64,000 nucleotides of DNA from Bacillota bacterium (GTDB lineage: Bacteria > Bacillota > UBA4882 > UBA10575). Under the pieces are notes generated by a model. That model ran no database searches. It saw nothing but the letters and a program-made list of their open reading frames with translations, and had not been told where the DNA came from. Both the position numbers and the translations under genes were made by a program. The stretch lies in assembly GCA_036678685.1 (NCBI GenBank), contig JAZIHH010000001.1, positions 81,614 through 145,613 of the forward strand, written 5' to 3'. Each line of letters opens with the position of its first letter. Position 1 is the stretch's first letter. This document shows positions 44,073 to 52,063 of this stretch, piece after piece.

Positions 44073-44588
44073 TTAAGATCCTTCAAAACGATCAAGGGAG
44101 TATATTTCCTCGAGCCTTTTGCGGGTCTTGGGTCTGGCCTCGTCAGCCGGATAACCGAGGGTCATGAGTTGAACAATTTTATATTTTTCCGGAACACCCA
44201 GAATCTCTTGGACCCTTTTCTGGCTGAACGCCCCAATCCAGCAGGTGCCGAGACCCCGCGCCGTCGCCACCAGGGTAATATTGCTCATGGCAATGGCCAA
44301 ATCCACGGCGTAGGCGGGCACTTCACAGCTCATGATCCGACCGGGGTTGAGGGAGATCCCGGCAATAACAACCGGCGCCGTGCCGACGAAGGGCTGTCCG
44401 GCTGCTTCGGCCAGTCTGCGCCGTTGTTCCGCATCTCTGACGACGACAAAGTGCCAATCTTGCCGGTTGTTGGCGGACGGAGCCAGACGGACGGCCTCCA
44501 GTATTTCCGCCAAAATTTCCTCGGGAACAGGACGTGCCTGGTAGCGGCGAACGCTTCTCCGTTCCTTAATTGCTTCCATGACATCCAT
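44073..44588 (-). CDS. nitroreductase-family FMN oxidoreductase
   Basis: Trimmed to the ATG at 44588 with a GGGGAGGAG RBS. It contains MDVMEAIKERRSVRRY...LAPSANNRQDWHFVVV. Confidence 0.85.
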   Translation of the reverse strand: MDVMEAIKERRSVRRYQARPVPEEILAEILEAVRLAPSANNRQDWHFVVVRDAEQRRRLAEAAGQPFVGTAPVVIAGISLNPGRIMSCEVPAYAVDLAIAMSNITLVATARGLGTCWIGAFSQKRVQEILGVPEKYKIVQLMTLGYPADEARPKTRKRLEEIYSLDRFEGS

Positions 44589-44700
44589 TGTTTTCTCCTC
44601 CCCGCTCTTGGTTGCCAAAAAGCTCCGTGTAAGCGCGCCTGTAAATCATTGATGGTTAATTTCTACACAAAACAGCAAAATCCTTGTCGGTCAACTTTTT

Positions 44701-45576
44701 TTAACCGGGTACGGGCAAACCCCAGAAGGCGGTGGGCAAAAGAAGAAGCAGCAGACTGCCGGCGAAAATCAGCAGGTGCTCCCATCGCCAGGGAAGAAGG
44801 GAGGAAGCGAGCAAAAAACGGCGGTAATGCGTTAACACTACTATTTCTTGGGCGATATCCCCGGTCGGCGAAAAGGCAAGAGTATAAAGGGTATCCAGCT
44901 TCCCCGTCACTTCACGGCATCCGGTCTCCGCCGCTTTCCGGAGCCGGGCCTGGAAGCGCAGGAGAGGCAGGAAAAAAAAGATCAGAATCAAGAGGGCCGC
45001 ACTCCGACAGTAAAAAGACCAATCAAAAATGTAATAGACATTTAATGCAAAAAGTCCCAGCAAGATGAGGAAGATAAAATAAACGGTCAGCTTGAGATGG
45101 GCAGCCAATCCTCTTTCCGCCGCGTAAAATCTTTGCCCGGGCGAAGAGAGATCATAACCGAACGGGTGCGGCTTAAAAAGAAGTTCGTAAAGGATCCGGA
45201 CGGCGAATTCAAGGATAATCCCGGAAAAAACTGCGGCAACCAGAAAATCAATCATAAACAGGCCGGCCAGGTGCCACTGGTCGACCGTTGGCCGCGCCCA
45301 AAAAAGAACCGCCCGTCCGGCAAAGACCGTGCCAAAACCGGCAACCAAAACTTTTGGGTTCCGGCAGGCGGGGAAGAAATAATACCTGCCGCCGTAGACC
45401 AGAAGAAAAAAAAGAAACCGTAAACCGTAATCCCAGGGAAAATGGGATAAAAATAAAAGCGGGTTCAGACAGGAGCGGGCCCATAAAGCCCAGATCTGTA
45501 AGAGCCCCAACAGACAAAGGGCCAACCGCTCCTTTTTGCCGGGAGAAAAAGAAAAAATAAAAACCCCCTCCTTCAA
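44701..45576 (-). CDS. hypothetical polytopic membrane protein
   Basis: 291 aa with about 8 hydrophobic helices. No family recognised. Confidence 0.55.
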   Translation of the reverse strand: MKEGVFIFSFSPGKKERLALCLLGLLQIWALWARSCLNPLLFLSHFPWDYGLRFLFFLLVYGGRYYFFPACRNPKVLVAGFGTVFAGRAVLFWARPTVDQWHLAGLFMIDFLVAAVFSGIILEFAVRILYELLFKPHPFGYDLSSPGQRFYAAERGLAAHLKLTVYFIFLILLGLFALNVYYIFDWSFYCRSAALLILIFFFLPLLRFQARLRKAAETGCREVTGKLDTLYTLAFSPTGDIAQEIVVLTHYRRFLLASSLLPWRWEHLLIFAGSLLLLLLPTAFWGLPVPG

Positions 45577-45629
45577 TAATCTGGTAAACCTTATGAAAAA
45601 GGAGGGGGGCTTAGAACAAGGGCGGGTTT

Positions 45630-48041
45630 TCAGCGGCGGACAACGGCCTTAAATTCGGTCGCCAGTTTCGCAATCATTTCTTCCAGTTTCTCATTGACCT
45701 CCTCGTCCTGCAAGGTACGATCCATCATCCGGAAGACGAGGGAAAAAGCGAGGCTGCGGTGGCCGGGCGGTATTTGTCCACCGCTGTAGACATCAAAGAG
45801 ATCCACTTTTTCCAGCACTTCGCCGCCGGTCTCAACCAAAAGGCAGACGATTTCTTCCACCCGTACTTGTTCCGGCGCCACCACCGCCAGATCCCGCAAA
45901 ACCGGCGGGTATTTGGGCAAAGGTTTAACATTTATGGTTTCCTTCTCCGCCGCCGTCCAGAGGGCTTCCACATCCAGTTCAAAGAGGACAACCGGGGAAG
46001 CGAGGTCATACCGTTCTTTGACATCCGGATGAACTTCACCGACCACCCCGGCTTTCCTGCCGTTCAGTTCCAAACAGGCCGTCCGTCCCGGGTGCAGGGC
46101 AGGATGTTCATCCCGCCGCCAAACCGCCCCCGGAATCCGCAAATCGGTCAAGAGCGATTCCACCAAACCCTTGCCATCGTAAAAATCCACGGGGGCGTCC
46201 GGCTGGTTCCAGCCTCTTTCCGCGGCCCGGCCCATTAATCCACCGGCCAAATGAAGATTTTCCCCGGGGAGTTGTTTTTCTTCACCGGACGGTAAATAAA
46301 CCCTTGCCAGCTCATAAATGCTCAGATCGTCCTGTCTCCGTTTGGCATTGTAGCTTAAAACATCCAAGATCCCGCCGAGCAAAGTGGTACGCATCATAGA
46401 ATATTCTTCGCTTAGCGGAACCTTTAACCGGACAGTATTCCGTAAGGGATGCGCGCCTGATAAATTCAGGCGGTCAAAGACTTTCTCCCCGTGAAAACTA
46501 TAGGTCACCACTTCGGATAAGCCATAACCCTGCATTAAAATCCGTAATTTTTTCTCAAATTGTTGCCGCGGAGTTAAAGCGCCGGGCCGCTTCGCCGCCG
46601 GATAGGTGGTGGGTATCTTGTCATACCCGTGAATTCTGGCCACTTCCTCGGCCAGATCCGCTTCGTATTCAATGTCCCGGCGGTAGGAAGGAACGGTTAC
46701 GGTTACCCGGTTTTCCGGCGCTTCTTCAATTCCGAACTGAAGACGCCGGAGGATTTCTTTTATATAACCGGGGTCAAGGGCGGTACCGAGCAGAGAATTG
46801 ATTTTATCCGGACGGAGACTGATTTTTTTCGCCGGAACCGGCACGGGGTAATAGTCGATCATCCCTTGGCAGACCTTTCCGATCCCCAGCTTGTTCAGGA
46901 GAAAAGCCGCGCGGTTGAGGCCGGCTTTTACTCCCTCCGGGTCGATCCCTTTTCCGAAACGCAGGGCCGCTTCCGACCTGATGGCCTGGGCCTGGGCTGT
47001 CCGCCGGATACTGACCGGGGAAAAATAGGCGGCTTCCAGAAAAACCCTCCGGGTATTGGCCGTCACTTCACTGGACCCTCCCCCCATTACCCCGGCAATC
47101 CCTTGGGCTTTTTCGGCATCGGCAATCACCAGCTGGTCCGGTTCCAGTTTTCTTTCCACATCATCCAGGGTGACAAGGGTTTCACCGGGCCGGGCCCGGC
47201 GGACGATAATTTTCGGCCCTGCCAGCCGGTCCAAATCAAAGGCGTGCAGGGGCTGGTTCAATTCCCACATCACATAATTGGTGAGATCCACCACATTGTT
47301 GACCGGCCGCATCCCCGCAGCCAGCAACCGGGTTTTTAACCAAAGCGGGGATTCGCCAACCTCTAGATCAAAGAAAACCCTGCCCATGTAACGCGGACAA
47401 AGATCCGGATCCTGGAGTTCCACGCTGATAAAATCCTCCATTTTTTCTTTGCTTTCTTCGCGAACCTCAAGGGCGGGCGGGTTTAACGGACAACCGGTCA
47501 GGGCGGCGACCTCCCGGGCCACGCCGAGCATCCCGTAGCAATCCGCCCGGTTGGGTGTCAACTCCAGGACCAAGACCGGCGCATTAAGCTCCAGGATCTC
47601 GATAAAATCATCTTCCAGGCGGGTTTGGGCGGGTAACACCATAATCCCGCCGGCCTGGCGGCTTAAACCCAACTCCTCTTCGGAACAGAGCATCCCCTGG
47701 GAAAGGACGCCCTTAAAAACGGTCTCTTCAATCAACCGCCCATCGGGCAGGCGGGTACCGGCCAACGCCACCGGTACTTTATCCCCCGTCCGCAGATTTC
47801 GTGCGGCCGTAATAACAGTGATCTCCCCGTCCGACAAGCGTACGCGACAGACCAACAACTTCTCCGTTTCCGGGTGGGGTTTTAACTCCGTCACCTCGCC
47901 CACACGAAGGCTCCGGTAAGGGGCGCCGGGATCAACCAGTTCCTCGACGGCAATCCCGGCCATGGTCAATTTCTCCGCCAGTTCCTCCGGTTCTAATTCC
48001 ACCGGAACATATTCCCGTAACCAATTATAAGGAACGCGCAT
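45630..48041 (-). CDS. pheT: phenylalanine--tRNA ligase beta subunit
   Basis: 803 aa, MRVPYNWLREYV..., with B3/4, B5 and FDX-ACB domains. Confidence 0.97.
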   Translation of the reverse strand: MRVPYNWLREYVPVELEPEELAEKLTMAGIAVEELVDPGAPYRSLRVGEVTELKPHPETEKLLVCRVRLSDGEITVITAARNLRTGDKVPVALAGTRLPDGRLIEETVFKGVLSQGMLCSEEELGLSRQAGGIMVLPAQTRLEDDFIEILELNAPVLVLELTPNRADCYGMLGVAREVAALTGCPLNPPALEVREESKEKMEDFISVELQDPDLCPRYMGRVFFDLEVGESPLWLKTRLLAAGMRPVNNVVDLTNYVMWELNQPLHAFDLDRLAGPKIIVRRARPGETLVTLDDVERKLEPDQLVIADAEKAQGIAGVMGGGSSEVTANTRRVFLEAAYFSPVSIRRTAQAQAIRSEAALRFGKGIDPEGVKAGLNRAAFLLNKLGIGKVCQGMIDYYPVPVPAKKISLRPDKINSLLGTALDPGYIKEILRRLQFGIEEAPENRVTVTVPSYRRDIEYEADLAEEVARIHGYDKIPTTYPAAKRPGALTPRQQFEKKLRILMQGYGLSEVVTYSFHGEKVFDRLNLSGAHPLRNTVRLKVPLSEEYSMMRTTLLGGILDVLSYNAKRRQDDLSIYELARVYLPSGEEKQLPGENLHLAGGLMGRAAERGWNQPDAPVDFYDGKGLVESLLTDLRIPGAVWRRDEHPALHPGRTACLELNGRKAGVVGEVHPDVKERYDLASPVVLFELDVEALWTAAEKETINVKPLPKYPPVLRDLAVVAPEQVRVEEIVCLLVETGGEVLEKVDLFDVYSGGQIPPGHRSLAFSLVFRMMDRTLQDEEVNEKLEEMIAKLATEFKAVVRR

Positions 48042-48107
48042 CTTCTCCGACCTCCTGCCTAATCCACCAGAAATTTCTTAACGACTTAACCGCGGGGCGG
48101 TTCCCGT

Positions 48108-49130
48108 TTACCGGAATTGCTCCAGAAAACGGAGATCATTTTCGTAAAAATTACGTATGTCCGTTATGCCATGGCGTAAAATAGCGATCCGTTCCACACC
48201 CATCCCAAAAGCAAAGCCGGAGTATTTTTCCGGATCATAACCGGCCATGGCCAAGACCCGGGGATGGACCGATCCCGAACCAAGGATCTCGAGCCAGCCG
48301 GTGTTTTTGCAGATCCGGCATCCCTCTCCCCGGCAACTGCAGGAAACATCCACCTCCGCACTGGGCTCGGTAAACGGAAAGAAACTGGGACGGAAACGAA
48401 CCTCCCGGTCCTCGCCGAATATTTTCCGGGCAAAAATCGTCAACACTCCTTTTAAATCACCAAAGGTGATCCCTTCGTCCACCAGCAGGCCTTCAATCTG
48501 ATAAAACATGGGTGAATGGGTGGCATCAAGCGCATCCCGGCGGTAGACGCGGCCGGGGGCAATAATCCGCACCGGATTGGGGCGGAGTTTTTCCATAGTC
48601 CGGATTTGGACCGGGGAAGTATGGGTCCGTAAGAGCATCTCCCCGGTGATATAAAGGGTGTCATGCATTTCCCGGGCCGGATGTTCCGGGGGTATATTTA
48701 AAGCCTCAAAGTTATAATAATCCCATTCCACCTCCGGTCCTTCCGCCACGTCAAAACCCATGCCAATGAAAATATCGGTTATTTCTTGAATGAGACTAAG
48801 GAGAGGGTGGGGGCGACCCCGCCGGCGTCTTCTCCCCGGCAGTTCCACATCGATCGTTTCCTGCTCCAGGCGGGCGTTTTTTTCCTTGGTCACCAACGCC
48901 CGTTCTTTTTCCTCTAAAAGCCCGGTCAATTCCTGGCGCAACTCATTGACCAGTCGTCCAAAGACCGGCCGTTCCTCCGGGGAGAGTTCTTTTAAGGCCC
49001 GGGAAAGCCCGGTAACAACCCCTTTTTTCCCAAACAATTCGATCCGTACCCGTTCAAGACCGGCCGTCGAAGCAGCCTCCGCAATCTTTCTTCGTCCTTC
49101 TTCCGCCAACTTTTGCAATTCTTCCTGCAT
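48108..49130 (-). CDS. pheS: phenylalanine--tRNA ligase alpha subunit
   Basis: 340 aa with class II aaRS motifs (...[16 protein letters not shown]..., [12 protein letters not shown]). Confidence 0.97.
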   Translation of the reverse strand: MQEELQKLAEEGRRKIAEAASTAGLERVRIELFGKKGVVTGLSRALKELSPEERPVFGRLVNELRQELTGLLEEKERALVTKEKNARLEQETIDVELPGRRRRRGRPHPLLSLIQEITDIFIGMGFDVAEGPEVEWDYYNFEALNIPPEHPAREMHDTLYITGEMLLRTHTSPVQIRTMEKLRPNPVRIIAPGRVYRRDALDATHSPMFYQIEGLLVDEGITFGDLKGVLTIFARKIFGEDREVRFRPSFFPFTEPSAEVDVSCSCRGEGCRICKNTGWLEILGSGSVHPRVLAMAGYDPEKYSGFAFGMGVERIAILRHGITDIRNFYENDLRFLEQFR

Positions 49131-49207
49131 AAGCCCAACCTCCCTGTCCCCCGCCTGTCCGGGGCCTTTCCCTCTCTTTTGGCCCGGCCAGGACGGAAAA
49201 ATCAGAT

Positions 49208-49445
49208 ATAAAAAAAACTTTCATCCGGTAAGGGACGAAAGTTTCTTCCGCGGTACCACCCTTTTTAGCCTTTGAAGGCTCTCCTTAATAACACGAAACC
49301 GAAGCGTCTTCGGCTCGTCTCCGGTAACGGCGGAGTTCCGGCACAACCTACTGCCAGTTCAGTCGGCGGCTCCAGAGTGAACTTCTACCGGACCGGCGGG
49401 GAATGCTCGCACCTGGCCATTCCTCTCTGTACCGCTTAACCCGGT
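49208..49445 (-). promoter_or_regulatory. T-box riboswitch leader (Phe, UUC specifier) controlling pheST
   Basis: All on the minus strand. The T-box core AAAAAGGGTGGTACCGCG lies at 49250..49266. The terminator AAACTTTC-loop-GAAAGTTT plus T8 lies at 49210..49246. Stem I has AGAGAGG and a GGTGCGA distal loop. The specifier loop GAAG-TTC-A has its codon at 49379..49381. Confidence 0.85.
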
Positions 49446-49481
49446 ATACTCTCTCCTTCCTTGCCTTTGCTTTTTATGAAA

Positions 49482-49580
49482 TTAATTTATTTTCTCTATA
49501 AGTTCCTTGTAGACTAAATAGGCTGAAATCGACCCGGTAATCTTAAAAAGATTCCAAAAAAATTCGGCGGAAAGGCTCAT
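49482..49580 (-). CDS. YqzL-like 32-aa micro-protein (not in ORF track)
   Basis: Manual translation from the ATG at 49580, which follows GAAGGGGAGGGACATC, gives MSLSAEFFWNLFKITGSISAYLVYKELIEKIN*. It resembles the YqzL family as I remember it (..W..F..TG.I..YLL.KE). Confidence 0.5.
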   Translation of the reverse strand: MSLSAEFFWNLFKITGSISAYLVYKELIEKIN

Positions 49581-49721
49581 GATGTCCCTCCCCTTCTTTC
49601 GTACTATGCGTACTTGGTCGAACCACCTTTACTATTGTGTTAACATTATATCATAAGCGTTCCGGCTTTACAAGCCCCCTTCTTGTACCAAAAATGCTCT
49701 CTCCTGCGCGATGATATGTAT

Positions 49722-49749
49722 AAAAAAACAGGTTTTAAACCTGTTTTTT
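49722..49749 (-). terminator. bidirectional-type intrinsic terminator after tRNA-Val
   Basis: A7-ACAGGTT-TTA-AACCTGT-T6. Confidence 0.7.
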
Positions 49750-49767
49750 CTCCAGATGATAAATAAA

Positions 49768-49844
49768 TGGTGGGGGAGAGCGGAGTCGAACCGCTGACCT
49801 CTACGATGTCAACGTAGCACTCTAACCAGCTGAGCTACTCCCCC
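49768..49844 (-). tRNA. tRNA-Val (anticodon GAC), CCA encoded
   Basis: The reverse complement GGGGGAGTAGCTCAGCTGGTTAGAGTGCTACGTTGACATCGTAGAGGTCAGCGGTTCGACTCCGCTCTCCCCCACCA folds into a cloverleaf. The 7-bp acceptor, anticodon loop TTGACAT and T-loop TTCGACT are all present. Confidence 0.95.
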
Positions 49845-49857
49845 GTTGTTTCTTTCT

Positions 49858-49886
49858 ATTCTACCACAAGATTTTCCCTCCGTCAA
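49858..49886 (-). promoter_or_regulatory. sigma-A promoter of tRNA-Val
   Basis: On the minus strand, TTGACG, a 17-nt spacer and TGgTAGAAT (extended -10) lie ~13 nt upstream of the tRNA 5' end. Confidence 0.65.
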
Positions 49887-50029
49887 GAGGGACAAACCGG
49901 GCGGGCGTGACCCGGCGGCTCCCCTCTAATTGGAAAAAGTAACAGCCACCCCTTAAAGACTTGAAGGGGGAATCGGTTTTTCCTGCTCTTTGGTGTAAGT
50001 TAATCCCGCACAAGAGCGGCCACTCCCGC

Positions 50030-51463
50030 CTAGGAACTAAGCCCGTTTCCTTTTCCCACCCGTACCCGCGCATATTTCCATTCCCCGGAACGGAACCGTA
50101 AGAAAATCACCGTCGAACGGGTATATTGATCCAGGACAAAGGCGACCCACGCCCCAACCAGCCCCCAGCGGAAGACATGAACAAAAAGATAAGACCCAAA
50201 AACCCGGAAGGTCCAGATCCCCGAGGCGCAAGCGATCAAAGGGTAGACCGTATCACCGGCTCCCCGTAAGGCGCCCGCCAGGGTAAGCTGGGTGGACTGA
50301 CCCGGTAAGGAAAGGGCAAAGATTTTTAGAATGGTGCCGGCCATGGCGGCAACCGTCAAATCTGAGGTATACAACCGGGCGAAAAAATGCGAAAACAGAA
50401 TAAAGATCAGCCCGGCAAAACCGGCGACGGTCACGGCCATTTTATGAACCGTATGCGCGTACTTCTCCGCTTTTGTCACTTCATTGGCGCCAAGGCTCTG
50501 CCCGACCAGGGTCGTGGCAGCGATCGAAAAGGCCATGCTGGGGGCGAATGATAAGCCGCTGATATTGATTCCGATCTGATGGGCGGCAAAACTTAAAGTC
50601 CCCAGTCCGGCAACGTTACGGGCGAACATCATAATACCGCTCTGTAAGACAAACTGTTCTAAAGCGGCCGGCATGCCGATGGAGAATACTTTCCTGACCG
50701 TTTGCGGATAAAGCCGGTAATCATCTTTCAACCGCAAGGAAATTTTTGTATGCCGCGAACAGTAAAGGATAGCTAATCCTGCCAGACAGGCCAAAAAACG
50801 GGCGCAGGTTGTCGAGAGCGCGGCGCCGGCCACCTCTAACCGAGGAAAGCCAAATTTTCCGTAGATTAAAACGTAATTGCCGAAAACATTCAGGAGGTTG
50901 CTCCCGACATTATAGAGCATCGGAATTCTGGTTTCTCCCGCCCCCCGGAGCGCCGCGCTGATTCCCATCGCCATCGCCTGAAATAATAACCCGCCCGCCA
51001 CAATCTGGAAGTAGGCCACGGCCATCCCCATCGTATCCGGATCGGCGCCCATAAACCGGACCACCGGACGGGCGCAGCCCACCCCCACCCCGCTCAGTAA
51101 GAGCCCTAACAACAGGTTGACCACGATACTTTGGCGGGTAACGGAACGGGCTTCCTTTAAGTTTCCGGCTCCCACATTCCAGGCGACCAAGGTGGTGGTC
51201 CCGATATTGACCGCGGCAAAAATCGCCAGGAGCAACATAAAGGGCTGACGGGTTAGTCCGACGGCGGCAATCGCCGCAGGACCCAAGCCCCCCACCATCA
51301 TCATATCCACCATCTCAAACAAGGTTGACATGACCAGTTCCACAAAGGCCGGAGCGGTAATGGCAATAATCTCTTTCCATAACGGTTGCGAACGAAAACC
51401 GAAACGTGCCTTGATTTTTCCTTTTAACCCTGGTTGTTTCAATCTGCTTTCCTCCGTTGTCAA
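50030..51463 (-). CDS. MATE-family multidrug/sodium efflux transporter
   Basis: 477 aa, 12 TM helices, with a typical MATE N-terminus (LWKEIIAITAPAFVELVMSTLFEMVDMMMVG). Confidence 0.9.
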   Translation of the reverse strand: MTTEESRLKQPGLKGKIKARFGFRSQPLWKEIIAITAPAFVELVMSTLFEMVDMMMVGGLGPAAIAAVGLTRQPFMLLLAIFAAVNIGTTTLVAWNVGAGNLKEARSVTRQSIVVNLLLGLLLSGVGVGCARPVVRFMGADPDTMGMAVAYFQIVAGGLLFQAMAMGISAALRGAGETRIPMLYNVGSNLLNVFGNYVLIYGKFGFPRLEVAGAALSTTCARFLACLAGLAILYCSRHTKISLRLKDDYRLYPQTVRKVFSIGMPAALEQFVLQSGIMMFARNVAGLGTLSFAAHQIGINISGLSFAPSMAFSIAATTLVGQSLGANEVTKAEKYAHTVHKMAVTVAGFAGLIFILFSHFFARLYTSDLTVAAMAGTILKIFALSLPGQSTQLTLAGALRGAGDTVYPLIACASGIWTFRVFGSYLFVHVFRWGLVGAWVAFVLDQYTRSTVIFLRFRSGEWKYARVRVGKGNGLSS

Positions 51464-51696
51464 TGATCGTTGTCAAGGATCGACTGAATACCCGGTTCCA
51501 GCATTATCATTATCATTATATCATATCATCTTTGCTTTCCCCTGGTGCTTTGTTTCTCTTCGCGCCACTTCCAGTTAACCACATTTGTTGATTTACGTTG
51601 CACCGCCGGCGTTGCCCAAGATAATTTGACCAACGCTCTCCGGGCGAATTTTCGCCCCCGGATAAATAATTCAAAAAAATTTTTTTTAAAAATAGC

Positions 51697-51725
51697 TTGC
51701 AATATAACATTAAATGTGTTACAAT
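51697..51725 (+). promoter_or_regulatory. near-consensus sigma-A promoter with an A/T-rich UP-like element, driving the candidate sRNA
   Basis: TTGCAA (51697..51702), a 17-nt spacer and TGtTACAAT (-10 at 51720..51725), preceded by A7/T8 tracts at 51673..51692. Confidence 0.65.
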
Positions 51726-51731
51726 ATTAAT

Positions 51732-51877
51732 TGTCTTGAAATATATTTCAAGGCCGAGCATTGCCGTGACGCCAGGCGCCTGAGACTAGGTGGATGCTCA
51801 CCTCTCTTGACCACGCCGGCAGTCAGAGAGGAAAAAAAGATTTATCCTTGACCACCCAAAAATGGTGGTCTTTTTTC
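51732..51877 (+). ncRNA. candidate ~145-nt stand-alone structured small RNA (family not recognised)
   Basis: It lies between the promoter above and the intrinsic terminator GACCACC-CAAAAAT-GGTGGTC plus T6 (51850..51876). Internal helices are CUUGAAA/UUUCAAG (51736..51753), GAGCAU/AUGCUC (51756..51799) and CCUCUCU-GAC/GUC-AGAGAGG (51801..51830). There is no credible downstream plus-strand CDS. Confidence 0.45.
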
Positions 51878-51947
51878 TGTTCTTTTTTAAATTTAAATAT
51901 ATTCCCCTCTGTTCTTTCCCCGCTTAAAGAAGAGGTGCAAAAAGGAA

Positions 51948-51982
51948 AGAAAAAAGCCCCGGCACCCGCGGGGCTTTCTTCT
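51948..51982 (-). terminator. intrinsic terminator of the hydA operon (bidirectional type)
   Basis: On the minus strand, AGCCCCG-CGGGTGC-CGGGGCT is followed by TTTTTTCTTTCC. Confidence 0.7.
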
Positions 51983-52063
51983 TTTTCCACCCGTTCCGGC
52001 ATTCTGAACGCCGTTTACACAACGGACATCTTTTGCCTTCCCGTTTCGCTCGTATTGAGCCTC

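Noticed and set aside
44169-45068. 299-aa plus-strand ORF spanning the nitroreductase gene and the start of the membrane-protein gene
   Set aside because: It crosses an intergenic region and two well-supported minus-strand genes. Its composition is R/G/P-rich and typical of antisense frames.
49768-50030. tRNA-Val as a possible integration hotspot for a genomic island
   Set aside because: No integrase, no direct repeat of the tRNA 3' end, and no compositional island are present. The flanking genes (MATE, yqzL-like, pheST) are ordinary chromosomal genes.
51760-51790. Partial resemblance of CGUGAC...CGCCUGAG to the ZTP (pfl) riboswitch core
   Set aside because: The two sub-motifs are adjacent rather than separated into the two-domain pfl architecture. 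The ACCGGG-type elements are missing, and no purine or folate gene follows.
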